Of a stretch of 32,000 nt of DNA, positions 9,822 to 18,443 are shown piece by piece (the stretch's first letter is position 1; the number at the start of each line of letters is the position of its first letter). Position numbers and translations under genes: made by a program. This stretch comes from Synechococcus sp. A15-24. Lineage in GTDB: Bacteria > Cyanobacteriota > Cyanobacteriia > PCC-6307 > Cyanobiaceae. The notes beneath the pieces were generated by a model. The model worked only from the letters and a program-made list of their open reading frames with translations. It was not told the origin of the DNA and did not search any database. Location: positions 780,001 through 812,000 of the forward strand of contig NZ_CP047960.1 of assembly GCF_014280195.1 (NCBI RefSeq), in the 5' to 3' direction.

Positions 9822-10209
9822 TCAGCCTGTCAATCGCTCTTTGACATCTCCAAGAAAGCCACATCGGACCGGGTTGCGTCAAAGCCTTTGACAATCTTGC
9901 AAAAACCTCTGAGACGGCATGAGACAGCTGTTCTGATCAGGGTTTAGCAGGACGTCTCCGTCGTGGGATCAGCCCGCTTACCGGCGGTATCCGCTCTGTC
10001 AACAGGTTCCTGGAGATGCTGCGAAGTCCACAGCCCTCAGACGGCTCGGCCCTCCGCGGATGGGGGCTGTGGAAAAAGGTGCTGATGCTGTGGAGAAATT
10101 GGTGAAGCCAGATTTCGATTCTCACTGATCAGAAAAACTGATCTCGGCGATGTCCAGGATGTCGCTGACGAGACCGGTTGCCGGTGTCACGGAAAACGCC
10201 GCAGATCTC

Positions 10210-11274
10210 TTAAGGCTTCGGTGGGAAATCTTTTGATCCGAGGGTTCTGGGACCCATGGGGTGGTCGGCATGGGGGTAGGGGGGGTGATGGTGATGCTCA
10301 CCAGCGTGATCGTGATGGTGCTGATGGGGGATGGGAACACCATCCGGTTGGCAGGCCCCCGTGCATTCCCGCTCGCAGAGCGTGCAGCTCTCCGCCAGCC
10401 CCTCCACATGGTGATGGTGGCTTTCCTGAGCTCGGCCAACGTCCTGCTCGAAGCCCAACACCTGGGCCCGGTATTTGCAGAGGGAGCAATTCATGGCGGT
10501 GTCGCCGCGCAGCACCTCCTTCACCCGTTCCTTGAAGGTGTCCACCACCAGCGGGTGTTGCCCGAGATAGCCGGCGGAGAGGAAGTCAACCTCGGGATGA
10601 TCCGCCGCCACCCGCTCGGTGTGCTGACGGATGCGGCTCACCAGAACACCTGAGAACAGGAAGTAAGGAACCACCACGATGCGGCGGAATCCCAGCTTCA
10701 CCAGTTGCCGAAGGCCCGGTTCGACCAGCGGGAAGGTCACGCCTGAGTAGACCGTCTCTCCCCAGCCGAAGCCAAAGCCCTCCACCAGCATCCGGGTGAC
10801 CTTGGCCACATTTGAATTGGCATCGGGATCCGACGAGCCGCGTCCCACCACCACCAGCAGCGTCTCCGCCAGCGGCGCCGGAGAAGGGTTGCTTTCCAGG
10901 CATTCGCGAACCCGCGCTCCTGCCGCTGCAACCATCAGACGGTCCACCCCCAGTTCGCGGCCGTAATCAATCGGCAGGCCCGTTTCTGCGGTGAACGTGT
11001 TGAGCACAGAGGGGATGTCGTTCTTGGCGTGCCCAGCCGCAAACAACATCGCAGGGATGGCAAGCACCCGGGTCATCCCCTGCTGACGCAGAGACTCCAG
11101 GCCATCCCGCAGGATTGGGCGGGCGAATTCCAGATAGCCATGCTCCACCGGCATCGGCGCCAGCTTTGGCCGCAGGGCTTCCACCATCTGGGCGAATTCC
11201 TCGACGGCCAGACGGTTGCGACTGCCATGGCCGCAGATCAGGACGCCGAGTTGGTCGTTCGAGGATTCGGCCAA
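10210..11274 (-). CDS. cbiX: Sirohydrochlorin cobaltochelatase, long form (CbiX-L), with Cys clusters and a His-rich C-terminal tail
   Basis: 354 aa with two CbiX halves (GVLICGHGSRN...; LLVVVGRGSSDPDANSN...VVVPYFLFSGVL). It also has an MNCSLC (MxCxxC) motif, a CTLCERECTGAC motif, and 15 His in the last 71 residues. The only start upstream of the conserved domain is TTG at 11274. Confidence 0.9.
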   Translation of the reverse strand: MAESSNDQLGVLICGHGSRNRLAVEEFAQMVEALRPKLAPMPVEHGYLEFARPILRDGLESLRQQGMTRVLAIPAMLFAAGHAKNDIPSVLNTFTAETGLPIDYGRELGVDRLMVAAAGARVRECLESNPSPAPLAETLLVVVGRGSSDPDANSNVAKVTRMLVEGFGFGWGETVYSGVTFPLVEPGLRQLVKLGFRRIVVVPYFLFSGVLVSRIRQHTERVAADHPEVDFLSAGYLGQHPLVVDTFKERVKEVLRGDTAMNCSLCKYRAQVLGFEQDVGRAQESHHHHVEGLAESCTLCERECTGACQPDGVPIPHQHHHDHAGEHHHHPPYPHADHPMGPRTLGSKDFPPKP

Positions 11275-11323
11275 GGGGGCGTGCCACTGTTCGGTGTGAA
11301 CTGACCCTATCGGTTGCAGCGGA

Positions 11324-12529
11324 ATGGATCAGCTCCCACCTCCCCTGTTCAACCCCCAGGCAGCGGATGCCGAGGCACGGGGCTTGCTGCAGCCCACTCC
11401 GGAGGATCTGCCGAGCTTGATTGCCGGTTGGTGTGGTCCTCGTCCGTTGCGGGTCTGCAGTGGGGGCACCAGCTCCAGGGCTGCTGCGGCCGGCCAGTGG
11501 ACGTTGGATCTGCGTCGCACCATGAAGGGGATCACCTGGAATGCTGCAGATCAGACGGTGCGCATCGGGGGTGGATGTCGGATGGGGCAGGTGCTGGAGC
11601 AGCTGCATCCCCTTGGGCGCACCGTGAGCGCAGGGCTGTCCGGCTGGCCGGGTGTCGGCTATGTGCTGACGGGGGGGATGGGGCCGTTGAGTCGTGAGCA
11701 TGGCCTGGCAGTGGACCAGCTGCAGGCGGTCGCAGGGGTCTGGGGCAGTGGTGAACCCTTCCTGCTGCGCCGTGATCACGATCAGGCCTCGGCGGAGTGG
11801 CGTGGCCTCTGTGGAGCGGCACCGTTTCTGGCGGTGGTGCGTGAGGTGGTGCTCGCCACCCAGCCCCTTCGCCCCCTCTGGATCAAGGCCTCGACGGGAT
11901 CGCCCGATCAGTTGCCGGATTGGCTTGTCGCTGCGGAGTGCTCCGACCCCAGCACCACCCTGCAATGGAGCTGGAGTGCTGACGGCAGCATCAGGCGGCT
12001 GCAGGTGTCTGGCCATGAACAGGCCGGTTGGCAGCGGATTGATGGACTGCACCAACTGCCGCCCCTGACGCCCGCGCCCTCAGGTGAATCCCGCCTGCAT
12101 GGCGAGGTGGTGGGTCTGCTCGGACCGGCCCATGGCGAGGGGTGGCGCCGTTTGCTGCCGGAGCTGCGGGCGCTGATGCGTCGCTGCCCCCATGGCGGCT
12201 GCAGCCTGTCCAGCCAGCAGCTTGGGGATGCCACAACTGCAGTGCCTGCTGAGGCCACGTCATTTGTGCATCGTGATGCGGTCTGGAAGCCATGGATCAC
12301 AGCGGTCTGGCCTGCCGGAGATGCGGAGGCGCGCCAGCGCAGCCTTCGGTGGTTAAGCGAGCTGTGGGCCGTGCTGGAGCCGCTCTGCCCTGGTGTGCAT
12401 CTGGCGCAGTTGCATGACCATTTGCCATTTCATCAGCGGGAGTTGGAATTGGCTTTCGGGCCCTGGTTGCCTGGACTGCGTCAACTCAAGGCACGTCGGG
12501 ATCCAGCCGGCACCATGCCAGAGCTCTGA
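11324..12529 (+). CDS. FAD-binding (PCMH-type, FAD_binding_4-like) oxidoreductase
   Basis: 401 aa with an ATG start. The segment VCSGGTSS...LDLRRTMKGITWNAADQTVRIGGGCRMGQVLEQLHPLGRTVSAGLSGWPGVGYVLTGGMGPLSREHGLAVDQL follows the FAD-linked oxidase pattern. The 362-aa antisense ORF is low-complexity R/P/G/A. Confidence 0.7.
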   Translation: MDQLPPPLFNPQAADAEARGLLQPTPEDLPSLIAGWCGPRPLRVCSGGTSSRAAAAGQWTLDLRRTMKGITWNAADQTVRIGGGCRMGQVLEQLHPLGRTVSAGLSGWPGVGYVLTGGMGPLSREHGLAVDQLQAVAGVWGSGEPFLLRRDHDQASAEWRGLCGAAPFLAVVREVVLATQPLRPLWIKASTGSPDQLPDWLVAAECSDPSTTLQWSWSADGSIRRLQVSGHEQAGWQRIDGLHQLPPLTPAPSGESRLHGEVVGLLGPAHGEGWRRLLPELRALMRRCPHGGCSLSSQQLGDATTAVPAEATSFVHRDAVWKPWITAVWPAGDAEARQRSLRWLSELWAVLEPLCPGVHLAQLHDHLPFHQRELELAFGPWLPGLRQLKARRDPAGTMPEL

Positions 12530-12561
12530 TTTACGGTCCCTTCTGGCTTTGGCGTCCGGTG

Positions 12562-14121
12562 ATGGCCCAGCGTTCCAGTCCAGCTCTGGTGAATCAATGG
12601 TTCGCCAACCCCAGCAAGGATTTGCTTTCAGGCCTGGTGGTGGCCTTCGCGATGATCCCGGAGGCGATCGCCTTCTCCGGCATCGCCGGGGTGGATCCGA
12701 AGGTCGGCCTGTTCGGAGCCTTCTGTCTGTCACTCACCATCGCCGTGGTGGGTGGTCGCATGGCGATGATCACCTCCGCCACCGGTTCAACGGCCCTGCT
12801 GATGACGGGACTGGTCGCTACCGGTGAAGCCCGGGGTGCAGGGCTCGGGGTGCAGTATCTGATGGTGGCGGGTCTGGTCACCGGCCTGCTGCAGATCCTC
12901 TGGGGCTACCTCCGGCTGGCGTATCAGATGAGGTTCGTGCCCCAGGGCGTGCTCAGCGGCTTCGTCAATGCCTTGGCGCTGCTGATCTTCCAGGCGCAAT
13001 TGCCTCAGCTGGGCCTGGATCTGCATGCCGGCGGTGATGGCCACGCTGGTGGTCTGTTGCCCCACGGTGGTCAGATTCCAATCGTCTGGGGTCTGGTGCT
13101 GCTGGGTCTGGTGATCATCTATGGCCTGCCGAGACTTACCCGGCTGGTGCCGTCCCAGCTGGTGGCCATTGTTGTGCTCACGGTCATCAGCATCGGCTTC
13201 AACCTGAACATTCCCAGCGTCAGCAGTCTTGGAACGCTGCCGGATGGATTGCCCACCTTCGCGGTTCCCATCGGCGCGGGTGGTGTTCCCTTCAACCTCG
13301 ACACCCTGGGCCTGGTGCTCCCCACAGCCTTGGCCATTTCCCTGGTGGGTCTGATGGAGACCTTCCTGACTCAGGACATCCTTGACGACAAGACCGACAC
13401 CACCACCAACAAAAACGTGGAGGCCCGTGGACAGGGCATCGCCAACATCGTGGCGTCGTTGTTCGGAGGCATGGCGGGCTGTGCCCTGGTGGGTCAATCG
13501 GTGATGAACGTGGACAACGGCGGCCGTACGCGTCTCTCAACCCTGTTCTCCGGCGTCAGCCTTCTGGCGATGATCCTGCTTGCCGGCCCCTGGCTGAAGC
13601 AGATCCCGATGGCAGCCCTGGTGGCGGTGATGATCAGCATCGCCGTGAGCACGGCAGACATCAACGGCCTGCGCAACCTGCGCCGCATCCCCAAGAGCGA
13701 CACCTCGGTGATGCTGATGACCTTCGCTGTCACCATGCTCACCACGCCGCACAACCTGGCGTTGGGGGTGTTGGCCGGTGTGGCCCTCGCGGGAATTCTG
13801 TTCAGCCGCAAGGTGGCCAAGGTGATCCAGGTGGAAGCGATCGATGTGAGCGATCAGGAGCGCCGTTACCGGGTTGTCGGTCAGTTGTTCTTCGTCAGCA
13901 AGGTTTACTTCCTGCAGGGATTTGATCTGCACGATCATCCCGAGAGAATTGTGATCGATCTCTCCTCAGCCCATATCTGGGATCAGAGCGGCGTGGCGGC
14001 GCTCGATCAGGTGATCCGTAAATTCCGCCTGGGGGGATCCGAGGTCTCCGTGGAAGGCCTGAATGACGAAAGCCTGGATCTGTTTAAGCGGATCGGAGGT
14101 CAGGAGTCCGCCCATGCCTGA
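12562..14121 (+). CDS. SulP-family inorganic anion transporter with a C-terminal STAS domain
   Basis: The track ORF starts at GTG 12559; ATG at 12562 is the next codon. It has multiple TM segments ([23 protein letters not shown]..., [27 protein letters not shown]) and a STAS-like tail ([12 protein letters not shown]...[21 protein letters not shown]). Confidence 0.9.
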   Translation: MAQRSSPALVNQWFANPSKDLLSGLVVAFAMIPEAIAFSGIAGVDPKVGLFGAFCLSLTIAVVGGRMAMITSATGSTALLMTGLVATGEARGAGLGVQYLMVAGLVTGLLQILWGYLRLAYQMRFVPQGVLSGFVNALALLIFQAQLPQLGLDLHAGGDGHAGGLLPHGGQIPIVWGLVLLGLVIIYGLPRLTRLVPSQLVAIVVLTVISIGFNLNIPSVSSLGTLPDGLPTFAVPIGAGGVPFNLDTLGLVLPTALAISLVGLMETFLTQDILDDKTDTTTNKNVEARGQGIANIVASLFGGMAGCALVGQSVMNVDNGGRTRLSTLFSGVSLLAMILLAGPWLKQIPMAALVAVMISIAVSTADINGLRNLRRIPKSDTSVMLMTFAVTMLTTPHNLALGVLAGVALAGILFSRKVAKVIQVEAIDVSDQERRYRVVGQLFFVSKVYFLQGFDLHDHPERIVIDLSSAHIWDQSGVAALDQVIRKFRLGGSEVSVEGLNDESLDLFKRIGGQESAHA

Positions 14122-14130
14122 GACATGGGT

Positions 14131-14156
14131 GACGCTCAGTTCCGCGCCTGAGCGTC
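14131..14156. terminator. 9-bp stem / 8-nt loop hairpin between the convergent SulP and small secreted-protein genes (candidate bidirectional terminator or stabiliser, no U tract)
   Basis: GACGCTCAG (14131-14139), loop TTCCGCGC, CTGAGCGTC (14148-14156). It begins 10 nt after the SulP stop and contains the stop codon (complement of 14136-14138) of the minus-strand gene. Confidence 0.3.
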
Positions 14157-14459
14157 GTGCATAACGGTCAGGCACATCGACAGGTCGTCCTGCATGGCAC
14201 CCAAACGATCTTCGATCTCAACGTCTTGAGGATTCAGCTGGGCATAACGCAGGGTGACGTCATTGCCGATGCTCATCAACATGCAGAGCGTCTGCACATC
14301 ACCTGATTCGCTTGCGCGATGCTGGGCTCCATCCAGCAGGACCCTCAGCAGCGCCATTTTGTTGTTGTAAGCGGCTCGATTACTTTCATCCCAGGCCAGC
14401 ACTGGGGTATTCAGCACGAAACCCAAGAGCATCAGCATCAGGCCAGGCAACGCTCGCAT
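14136..14459 (-). CDS. Small secreted hypothetical protein (107 aa, signal peptide)
   Basis: Track ORF 14136-14807 trimmed to the ATG at 14459 (MRALPGLMLMLLGFVLNTPVLA|WDESN...). The longer version would run across the divergent promoter and into the ABC gene. It has a hydrophobic N-terminus with an A-x-A-like cleavage site and two Cys. Confidence 0.55.
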   Translation of the reverse strand: MRALPGLMLMLLGFVLNTPVLAWDESNRAAYNNKMALLRVLLDGAQHRASESGDVQTLCMLMSIGNDVTLRYAQLNPQDVEIEDRLGAMQDDLSMCLTVMHDAQARN

Positions 14460-14543
14460 CACCTGGCCTAAGCGTCCCAGGACGCTAGATGCGTTGCCGT
14501 GCTGGGGCCATGAATCTGGGACAATCCCACCCGATCCGTACCA

Positions 14544-15611
14544 ATGCTGATGATCCGATCCAGTCGTCGTCTTCTGATCGGAGCCATCACTGTTGTGGCT
14601 GGGCTGCTGGGCGGGTGTGCCTCCCTGGATGAGGCCGGTCGTTCCCGGTTGGATCTGGTGAAACAGAGGAACGAGCTTCTCTGTGGTGTGAGCGGGAAGA
14701 TTCCCGGCTTCAGTTTCCTTACACAGGAGGGCACCTACACCGGGCTTGATGTCGACATCTGTCGAGCCATGGCCGCCGCCTTCCTCGGCGATGCCGACAA
14801 GGTTCAATACCGACCGCTGACGGCCCCGGAGCGATTCACTGCGCTGCGCTCTGGCGAGATTGACTTGCTCTCACGCAACACCACCCACACCCTCAGCCGT
14901 GATGCGGAGGGTGGCAATGGCCTTGGTTTCGCTCCTGTGGTGTTCCATGACGGCCAGGGCTTGATCGTGCCCGCCAATAGTGGTGTGACGAGCCTTGCTG
15001 ATCTGAGCGGTCAAGCCATTTGCGTGGGGTCGGGCACCACAACCGAGCAGAACCTCAACGACGCCTTTGCCTCCAAGGGGATCCCGTACACCCCGATCAA
15101 GTACCAGGATCTCAATCAGGTGGTGGGCGGCTACCTGCAGGGACGCTGTCAGGCCATGACATCAGACCGATCGCAATTGGCCGCAGCCCGCTCCGGGTTC
15201 AATGATCCGGAAGGCCACGTGATCCTTGAAGATCGTCTCAGCAAAGAGCCTCTGGCTCCGGCGGTGGTCGGCGGTGATCAGCGCATGGTTGATGCCATGA
15301 CCTGGGTTGTGTATGCCTTGATCGAGGCGGAGGAGCGTGGTATCACCCAAGCCAATCTCGATCGTCAGCTGCGTGCCGCTGAGGCGGATCCATCCCAGGC
15401 GCCCCTGCGGCGATTCCTGGGGGTTGATGCCGGTCTGGGCCGCAAGCTCGGACTGCCTGATGATTTCGTCGTCCAGGCCATTCGGGCCACCGGCAACTAC
15501 GGCGAGATCTACGACCGCCACCTCGGGCCGCAGAGCCCTGTCGCGATACCCCGTGGCGCCAACCGCCTTGCCGAGGATGGCGGTTTGATGATCGCGCCCC
15601 CATTCACCTGA
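14544..15611 (+). CDS. General L-amino-acid ABC transporter substrate-binding lipoprotein (AapJ/BztA/NatF-like)
   Basis: 355 aa with a lipoprotein-type signal (LLGGC). TGLDVDICRAMAAAFLGDADKVQYRPLTAPERFTALRSGEIDLLSRNTTHTLSRD...FHDGQG matches the AapJ family pattern. Confidence 0.9.
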   Translation: MLMIRSSRRLLIGAITVVAGLLGGCASLDEAGRSRLDLVKQRNELLCGVSGKIPGFSFLTQEGTYTGLDVDICRAMAAAFLGDADKVQYRPLTAPERFTALRSGEIDLLSRNTTHTLSRDAEGGNGLGFAPVVFHDGQGLIVPANSGVTSLADLSGQAICVGSGTTTEQNLNDAFASKGIPYTPIKYQDLNQVVGGYLQGRCQAMTSDRSQLAAARSGFNDPEGHVILEDRLSKEPLAPAVVGGDQRMVDAMTWVVYALIEAEERGITQANLDRQLRAAEADPSQAPLRRFLGVDAGLGRKLGLPDDFVVQAIRATGNYGEIYDRHLGPQSPVAIPRGANRLAEDGGLMIAPPFT

Positions 15612-16501
15612 TGCGCCGACATCGTCTGCTGCTGCAGCTGGGCCTAGCCCTGCTGTTGCTGGCCCTGATCGCTCTGCTGATCAACAACCTCACCGTCAAC
15701 CTGATCCGCACGGGACTGGGCCTTGGTTTCGGTTGGCTCGGTCGTCCGGCAGGGTTCGCCCTGGCGGAAACATCGCTCCGCTACGCACCCTCCGACTCGT
15801 ATCTCTGGGCGTTAACCATCGGTTGGCTCAACAGCCTCAAGGTGATCCTCGCGGGTCTGGTGCTGGCCACGCTGCTCGGTGTCGCGGCCGGTGCGGCCCG
15901 CAACAGCGGAAACCGCCTGCTGCGCAGTCTTGCGGGCACCTATGTCGCTCTGATCCGCCAGGTCCCGCTTCTGCTGCAGCTATTGTTCTGGTATTTCGTA
16001 GCCTTCCTCGGCCTGCCGTCGATGCCTGTGGGCGGCTTGATCCAGCTGTCCAATCAGGGCATCCAACTGTTGGGGCTGAATCTGAGTGTGGAGTTCTGCG
16101 CTGTTCTTACTGGACTGACGGTGTTCACCGGGGCGTCCATTGCTGAAATCGTCCGCGGCGGCATCAACGCCGTGCCCCGGGGGCAATGGGAGGCTTTCCG
16201 CAGCCTCGGGCTGAATGAGGGCCTTGGTCTGCGGCGGATCGTGCTGCCCCAGGCCTTGCCAGCCATCCTGCCGGCACTTACCAGTCAGTACCTCAACCTG
16301 GCCAAGAACAGCACCCTTGCCATCGCCGTTGGCTACGCGGATCTTTACGCCGTCAGCGACACCACGATCACCCAGACGGGACGAGCCATCGAAGGATTCC
16401 TGTTGCTGTTGTTCAGCTTCCTGCTGCTGAATCTGCTGATCAGCAGCGGTATGGCGGCCCTCAACGGTGCGGTGCTGAGTCGTGTTCGGAGGAGTCGCTG
16501 A
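15611..16501 (+). CDS. Amino-acid ABC transporter permease (AapQ/NatG-like)
   Basis: 296-aa polytopic protein with an EAA-type loop (GASIAEIVRGGINAVPRGQWEAFRSLGL). Its start overlaps the upstream stop (TGATG). Confidence 0.9.
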   Translation: MRRHRLLLQLGLALLLLALIALLINNLTVNLIRTGLGLGFGWLGRPAGFALAETSLRYAPSDSYLWALTIGWLNSLKVILAGLVLATLLGVAAGAARNSGNRLLRSLAGTYVALIRQVPLLLQLLFWYFVAFLGLPSMPVGGLIQLSNQGIQLLGLNLSVEFCAVLTGLTVFTGASIAEIVRGGINAVPRGQWEAFRSLGLNEGLGLRRIVLPQALPAILPALTSQYLNLAKNSTLAIAVGYADLYAVSDTTITQTGRAIEGFLLLLFSFLLLNLLISSGMAALNGAVLSRVRRSR

Positions 16502-17475
16502 TGACGCGCTGGCCGGATCGTCTGATCACGTTGCTGCTGTTGGCGCTGCTCAGCTGGGGCGGATGGGTTGTGGTGCATTGGCTCCTGTATGGGGCCGACT
16601 GGTCCGTGGTGAGCGCCAACCTGCCGCTCTTTGCCGTCGGCAGTTACCCCTCGGATCAGCGTTGGCGGCCCCTGCTCTGGATCTCGACCTGCGTGGTGCT
16701 GGTGGTGTTGACGCTGACGGTCCCAAGGGGGGCGGGCTGGCGCCGTGCGTTGCCCCCGCTCTGGATTGCCATGGCGCCGCTGGGATTGTGGATACTGGCG
16801 GGGGGGCTGGGTCTTCTGCCCGTTGGAACACGCCACTGGGGTGGACTGACCCTCACCCTGTTGCTGACAGCGGGGAGCGGCTTGCTGGCGCTGCCATTGG
16901 GGGTGTTGCTGGCCCTCGGCCGCCGCAGTGATCTGCCGGTGTTGCGCTGGAGCAGCACGGCCTACATCGAGCTGATGCGGGCTGTTCCGCTGATCGCGGT
17001 GCTGTTTTTCGGGCAACTGCTGATTCCGTTGTTTCTGCCGCCAGGGTTGGAGATCAACCGTGTCCTCAGGGCCTTGCTGGCCTTTGCCCTGTTCGCAGCG
17101 GCTTACATCGCCGAGGACGTGAGGGGCGGGTTGCAGGCGATTCCTCCCACCCAGCGGGAGGCTGCTTCGGTGCTCGGTCTGTCTCCGTTGCAGACGCTGC
17201 AGTTGGTGGTGCTGCCCCAGGCACTGCGCGTTGCCCTGCCATCGCTCACCAATCAGGCGGTGGGGCTGCTGCAGAACACCAGCTTGATGGCGATCCTCGG
17301 GCTGGTGGAGTTGCTGGGAATCAGCCGCAGTCTGCTGGCCAACCCGGCCTTCATCGGCCGCTATCTGGAGGTGTATCTCTGGTTGGCTGCTGTTTACTGG
17401 CTTGCGTGTACGGCGATGGCTCTGCTGGCCCGCCACCTGGAAGTCCAGCTCGACCCCGTTCGCTCCCACCGATGA
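16501..17475 (+). CDS. Amino-acid ABC transporter permease (AapM/NatH-like)
   Basis: 324-aa polytopic protein with AAYIAEDVRGGLQAIPPTQREAASVLGLS. There is a TGATG overlap with the upstream gene. The 374-aa antisense ORF is Q/R/P-rich junk. Confidence 0.9.
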   Translation: MTRWPDRLITLLLLALLSWGGWVVVHWLLYGADWSVVSANLPLFAVGSYPSDQRWRPLLWISTCVVLVVLTLTVPRGAGWRRALPPLWIAMAPLGLWILAGGLGLLPVGTRHWGGLTLTLLLTAGSGLLALPLGVLLALGRRSDLPVLRWSSTAYIELMRAVPLIAVLFFGQLLIPLFLPPGLEINRVLRALLAFALFAAAYIAEDVRGGLQAIPPTQREAASVLGLSPLQTLQLVVLPQALRVALPSLTNQAVGLLQNTSLMAILGLVELLGISRSLLANPAFIGRYLEVYLWLAAVYWLACTAMALLARHLEVQLDPVRSHR

Positions 17476-18212
17476 CTGTTGCCATCCGCGCCACCGACCT
17501 GGTGAAGAGCTACACCCCTGGGGTGAGGGCTCTGGATGGGGTGAGCCTGGAGGTGAGCAGCGGTGAGGTGCTCGTGGTGATGGGCCCCTCCGGATCGGGC
17601 AAGAGCACCCTGATCCGCACCTTCAATGGACTCGAGACGCTGGACGGTGGAGCCCTGGATGTGCTGGGGGTGCGTCTGGATTCCACCAATGCTGAGCCTC
17701 AGGTGCGGGCGATCCGCCGTCGGGTGGGAATGGTGTTTCAGCAGTTCAACCTGTTCCCTCATCTCTCGATCCTCGAGAACATCTCCCTCGCGCCGGTCAA
17801 GGTGCAGAAGCGTCCGAAGGCGGAGGTGGAGCAGCGGGCGCTGGAGTTGCTGGAGCAAATGGGGATTCAGGAGCAGGCAGAGAAGTACCCGGCACAGCTC
17901 AGTGGCGGCCAGCAGCAACGGGTGGCGATCGCCCGGGCCCTCGCCCTGGACCCAGAGGTGATGCTCTTTGATGAACCCACCAGTGCACTGGATCCGGAAC
18001 GGGTCAAGGAGGTGCTGGATGCCATGCGTCAGCTGGCCAGCGGTGGGATGACCATGGTGGTGGTGACCCATGAGATCGGCTTCGCGCGCGATGTGGCCGA
18101 TCGTGTGATGTTCATGGATCAGGGCCAAGTGGTGGAGACGTCCGATCCAGTGACGTTTTTCTCGGGGGCTCGGGAGGAACGCAGCCGCCGCTTTCTCAGT
18201 CAGATGGTGTGA
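17472..18212 (+). CDS. Amino-acid ABC transporter ATP-binding protein (AapP/BgtA-like)
   Basis: Track ORF 17406-18212 trimmed to the ATG at 17472 (MTVAIRATDLVKSY), giving an ATGA overlap with the permease stop. It has Walker A GPSGSGKST, signature LSGGQQQRVAIARAL, Walker B MLFDEPTSALD and the H-loop VVVTHE. Confidence 0.95.
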   Translation: MTVAIRATDLVKSYTPGVRALDGVSLEVSSGEVLVVMGPSGSGKSTLIRTFNGLETLDGGALDVLGVRLDSTNAEPQVRAIRRRVGMVFQQFNLFPHLSILENISLAPVKVQKRPKAEVEQRALELLEQMGIQEQAEKYPAQLSGGQQQRVAIARALALDPEVMLFDEPTSALDPERVKEVLDAMRQLASGGMTMVVVTHEIGFARDVADRVMFMDQGQVVETSDPVTFFSGAREERSRRFLSQMV

Positions 18213-18221
18213 CGTACTGCT

Positions 18222-18443
18222 TCAGGCTCCCTGTCCAGGGCCAGGAACTGAATCCGGTTCAACGATGACGTACTCGATTCGATCGTCATCGGAGCAGCAG
18301 AGGTCGCCGTAGTAGCGCTCCAACTGCTCGTAGGCCATGTCGTAACTGCTGAAGGACTGCCGGGTCAGGCCGTCCTGTTGCCCGTCGCTGCGAATGATGC
18401 GATGGACTGGGGGGCGCTCGCGTTTCTGGTAAGCCTCAACCAT
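18222..18443 (-). CDS. Small hypothetical protein (73 aa from ATG 18443, or 82 aa from GTG 18470)
   Basis: High GC3 (~75% by my count) and a non-repetitive sequence (...SYDMAYEQLERYYGDLCCSDDDRIEYVIVEPDS...). The ATG at 18443 overlaps the stop of the upstream small ORF as ATGGTTGA. I recognise no family. Confidence 0.5.
   Translation of the reverse strand: MVEAYQKRERPPVHRIIRSDGQQDGLTRQSFSSYDMAYEQLERYYGDLCCSDDDRIEYVIVEPDSVPGPGQGA

Noticed and set aside
10028-10072. 9-bp perfect stem CCACAGCCC/GGGCTGTGG, considered as stand-alone evidence for a structured RNA
   Set aside because: A rough expectation is 32,000 positions x ~28 loop sizes x 4^-9, or about 3 per window, and more at this GC content. 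Such stems therefore occur by chance. It is kept only as a descriptive detail of the long spacer.
10090-10185. Fragments resembling cobalamin-riboswitch elements on the + strand next to cbiX: GGAGAA-ATT-GGTGAAGCC, CTCACTGAT, GAGACCGGTTGCC versus the B12-box GGAGACCTGCC. If real, this would be a B12-sensing antisense RNA to cbiX.
   Set aside because: The C-rich GC.GCCCCCGC.ACUG core and the GCCACUG...GGGAAGGC pairing are absent, the B12-box match needs a 2-nt insertion, and I cannot build the consensus helices. It is probably coincidence. cmsearch with RF00174 would settle it; a significant + strand hit would revive the idea.
9937-10439. Minus-strand ORFs 9937-10125 (62 aa) and 10122-10439 (105 aa), and a 28-aa Trp-rich + strand micro-ORF at ~10015-10101
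   Set aside because: The first has a GTG start with P/R/S-rich sequence in the non-coding spacer. The second is an alternative frame of the cbiX His-rich tail. The micro-ORF has GGAG directly abutting its ATG, which is the wrong spacing, and no other support.
11283-11289. GCCACTG (B12-box core heptamer) in the 49-bp cbiX/FAD-oxidoreductase divergent spacer
   Set aside because: The spacer is far too short for a ~200-nt riboswitch, and the flanks are coding. An isolated heptamer match is expected by chance.
10967-12055. 362-aa minus-strand ORF opposite the FAD-binding oxidoreductase and the cbiX 5' region
   Set aside because: Its composition is dominated by R/P/G/A/H/Q with no motifs. The + strand frame carries a coherent FAD_binding_4-like domain. 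Long antisense ORFs are expected at ~60% GC.
12664-12671. HIP1-type GCGATCGC palindromes (also at 17925-17932 and 31743-31750)
   Set aside because: Three copies against roughly one expected from base composition in 32 kb is not a meaningful enrichment, and all three are inside coding regions.
12787-13497. 236-aa minus-strand ORF, plus several shorter ones, opposite the SulP transporter
   Set aside because: Antisense junk composition. The + frame has SulP TM motifs and a STAS domain.
14460-14543. Search for an NtcA site (GTA-N8-TAC) or other nitrogen-control box in the promoter region of the amino-acid ABC operon. An AGCGTCC-CA-GGACGCT inverted repeat at ~14470-14485 was noted.
   Set aside because: No GTA-N8-TAC match is present. 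The 7+7 repeat is short, of a size expected by chance, and I cannot tie it to any known regulator.
16345-17469. 374-aa minus-strand ORF opposite the second ABC permease
   Set aside because: It is Q/R/P/H-rich low-complexity sequence. The + frame encodes a polytopic permease with the EAA loop and start/stop coupling to its neighbours.
17394-18128. 244-aa His/Leu/Arg-rich minus-strand ORF opposite the ABC ATPase
   Set aside because: The + frame has complete Walker A, signature, Walker B and H-loop motifs. The antisense product has no domain features.
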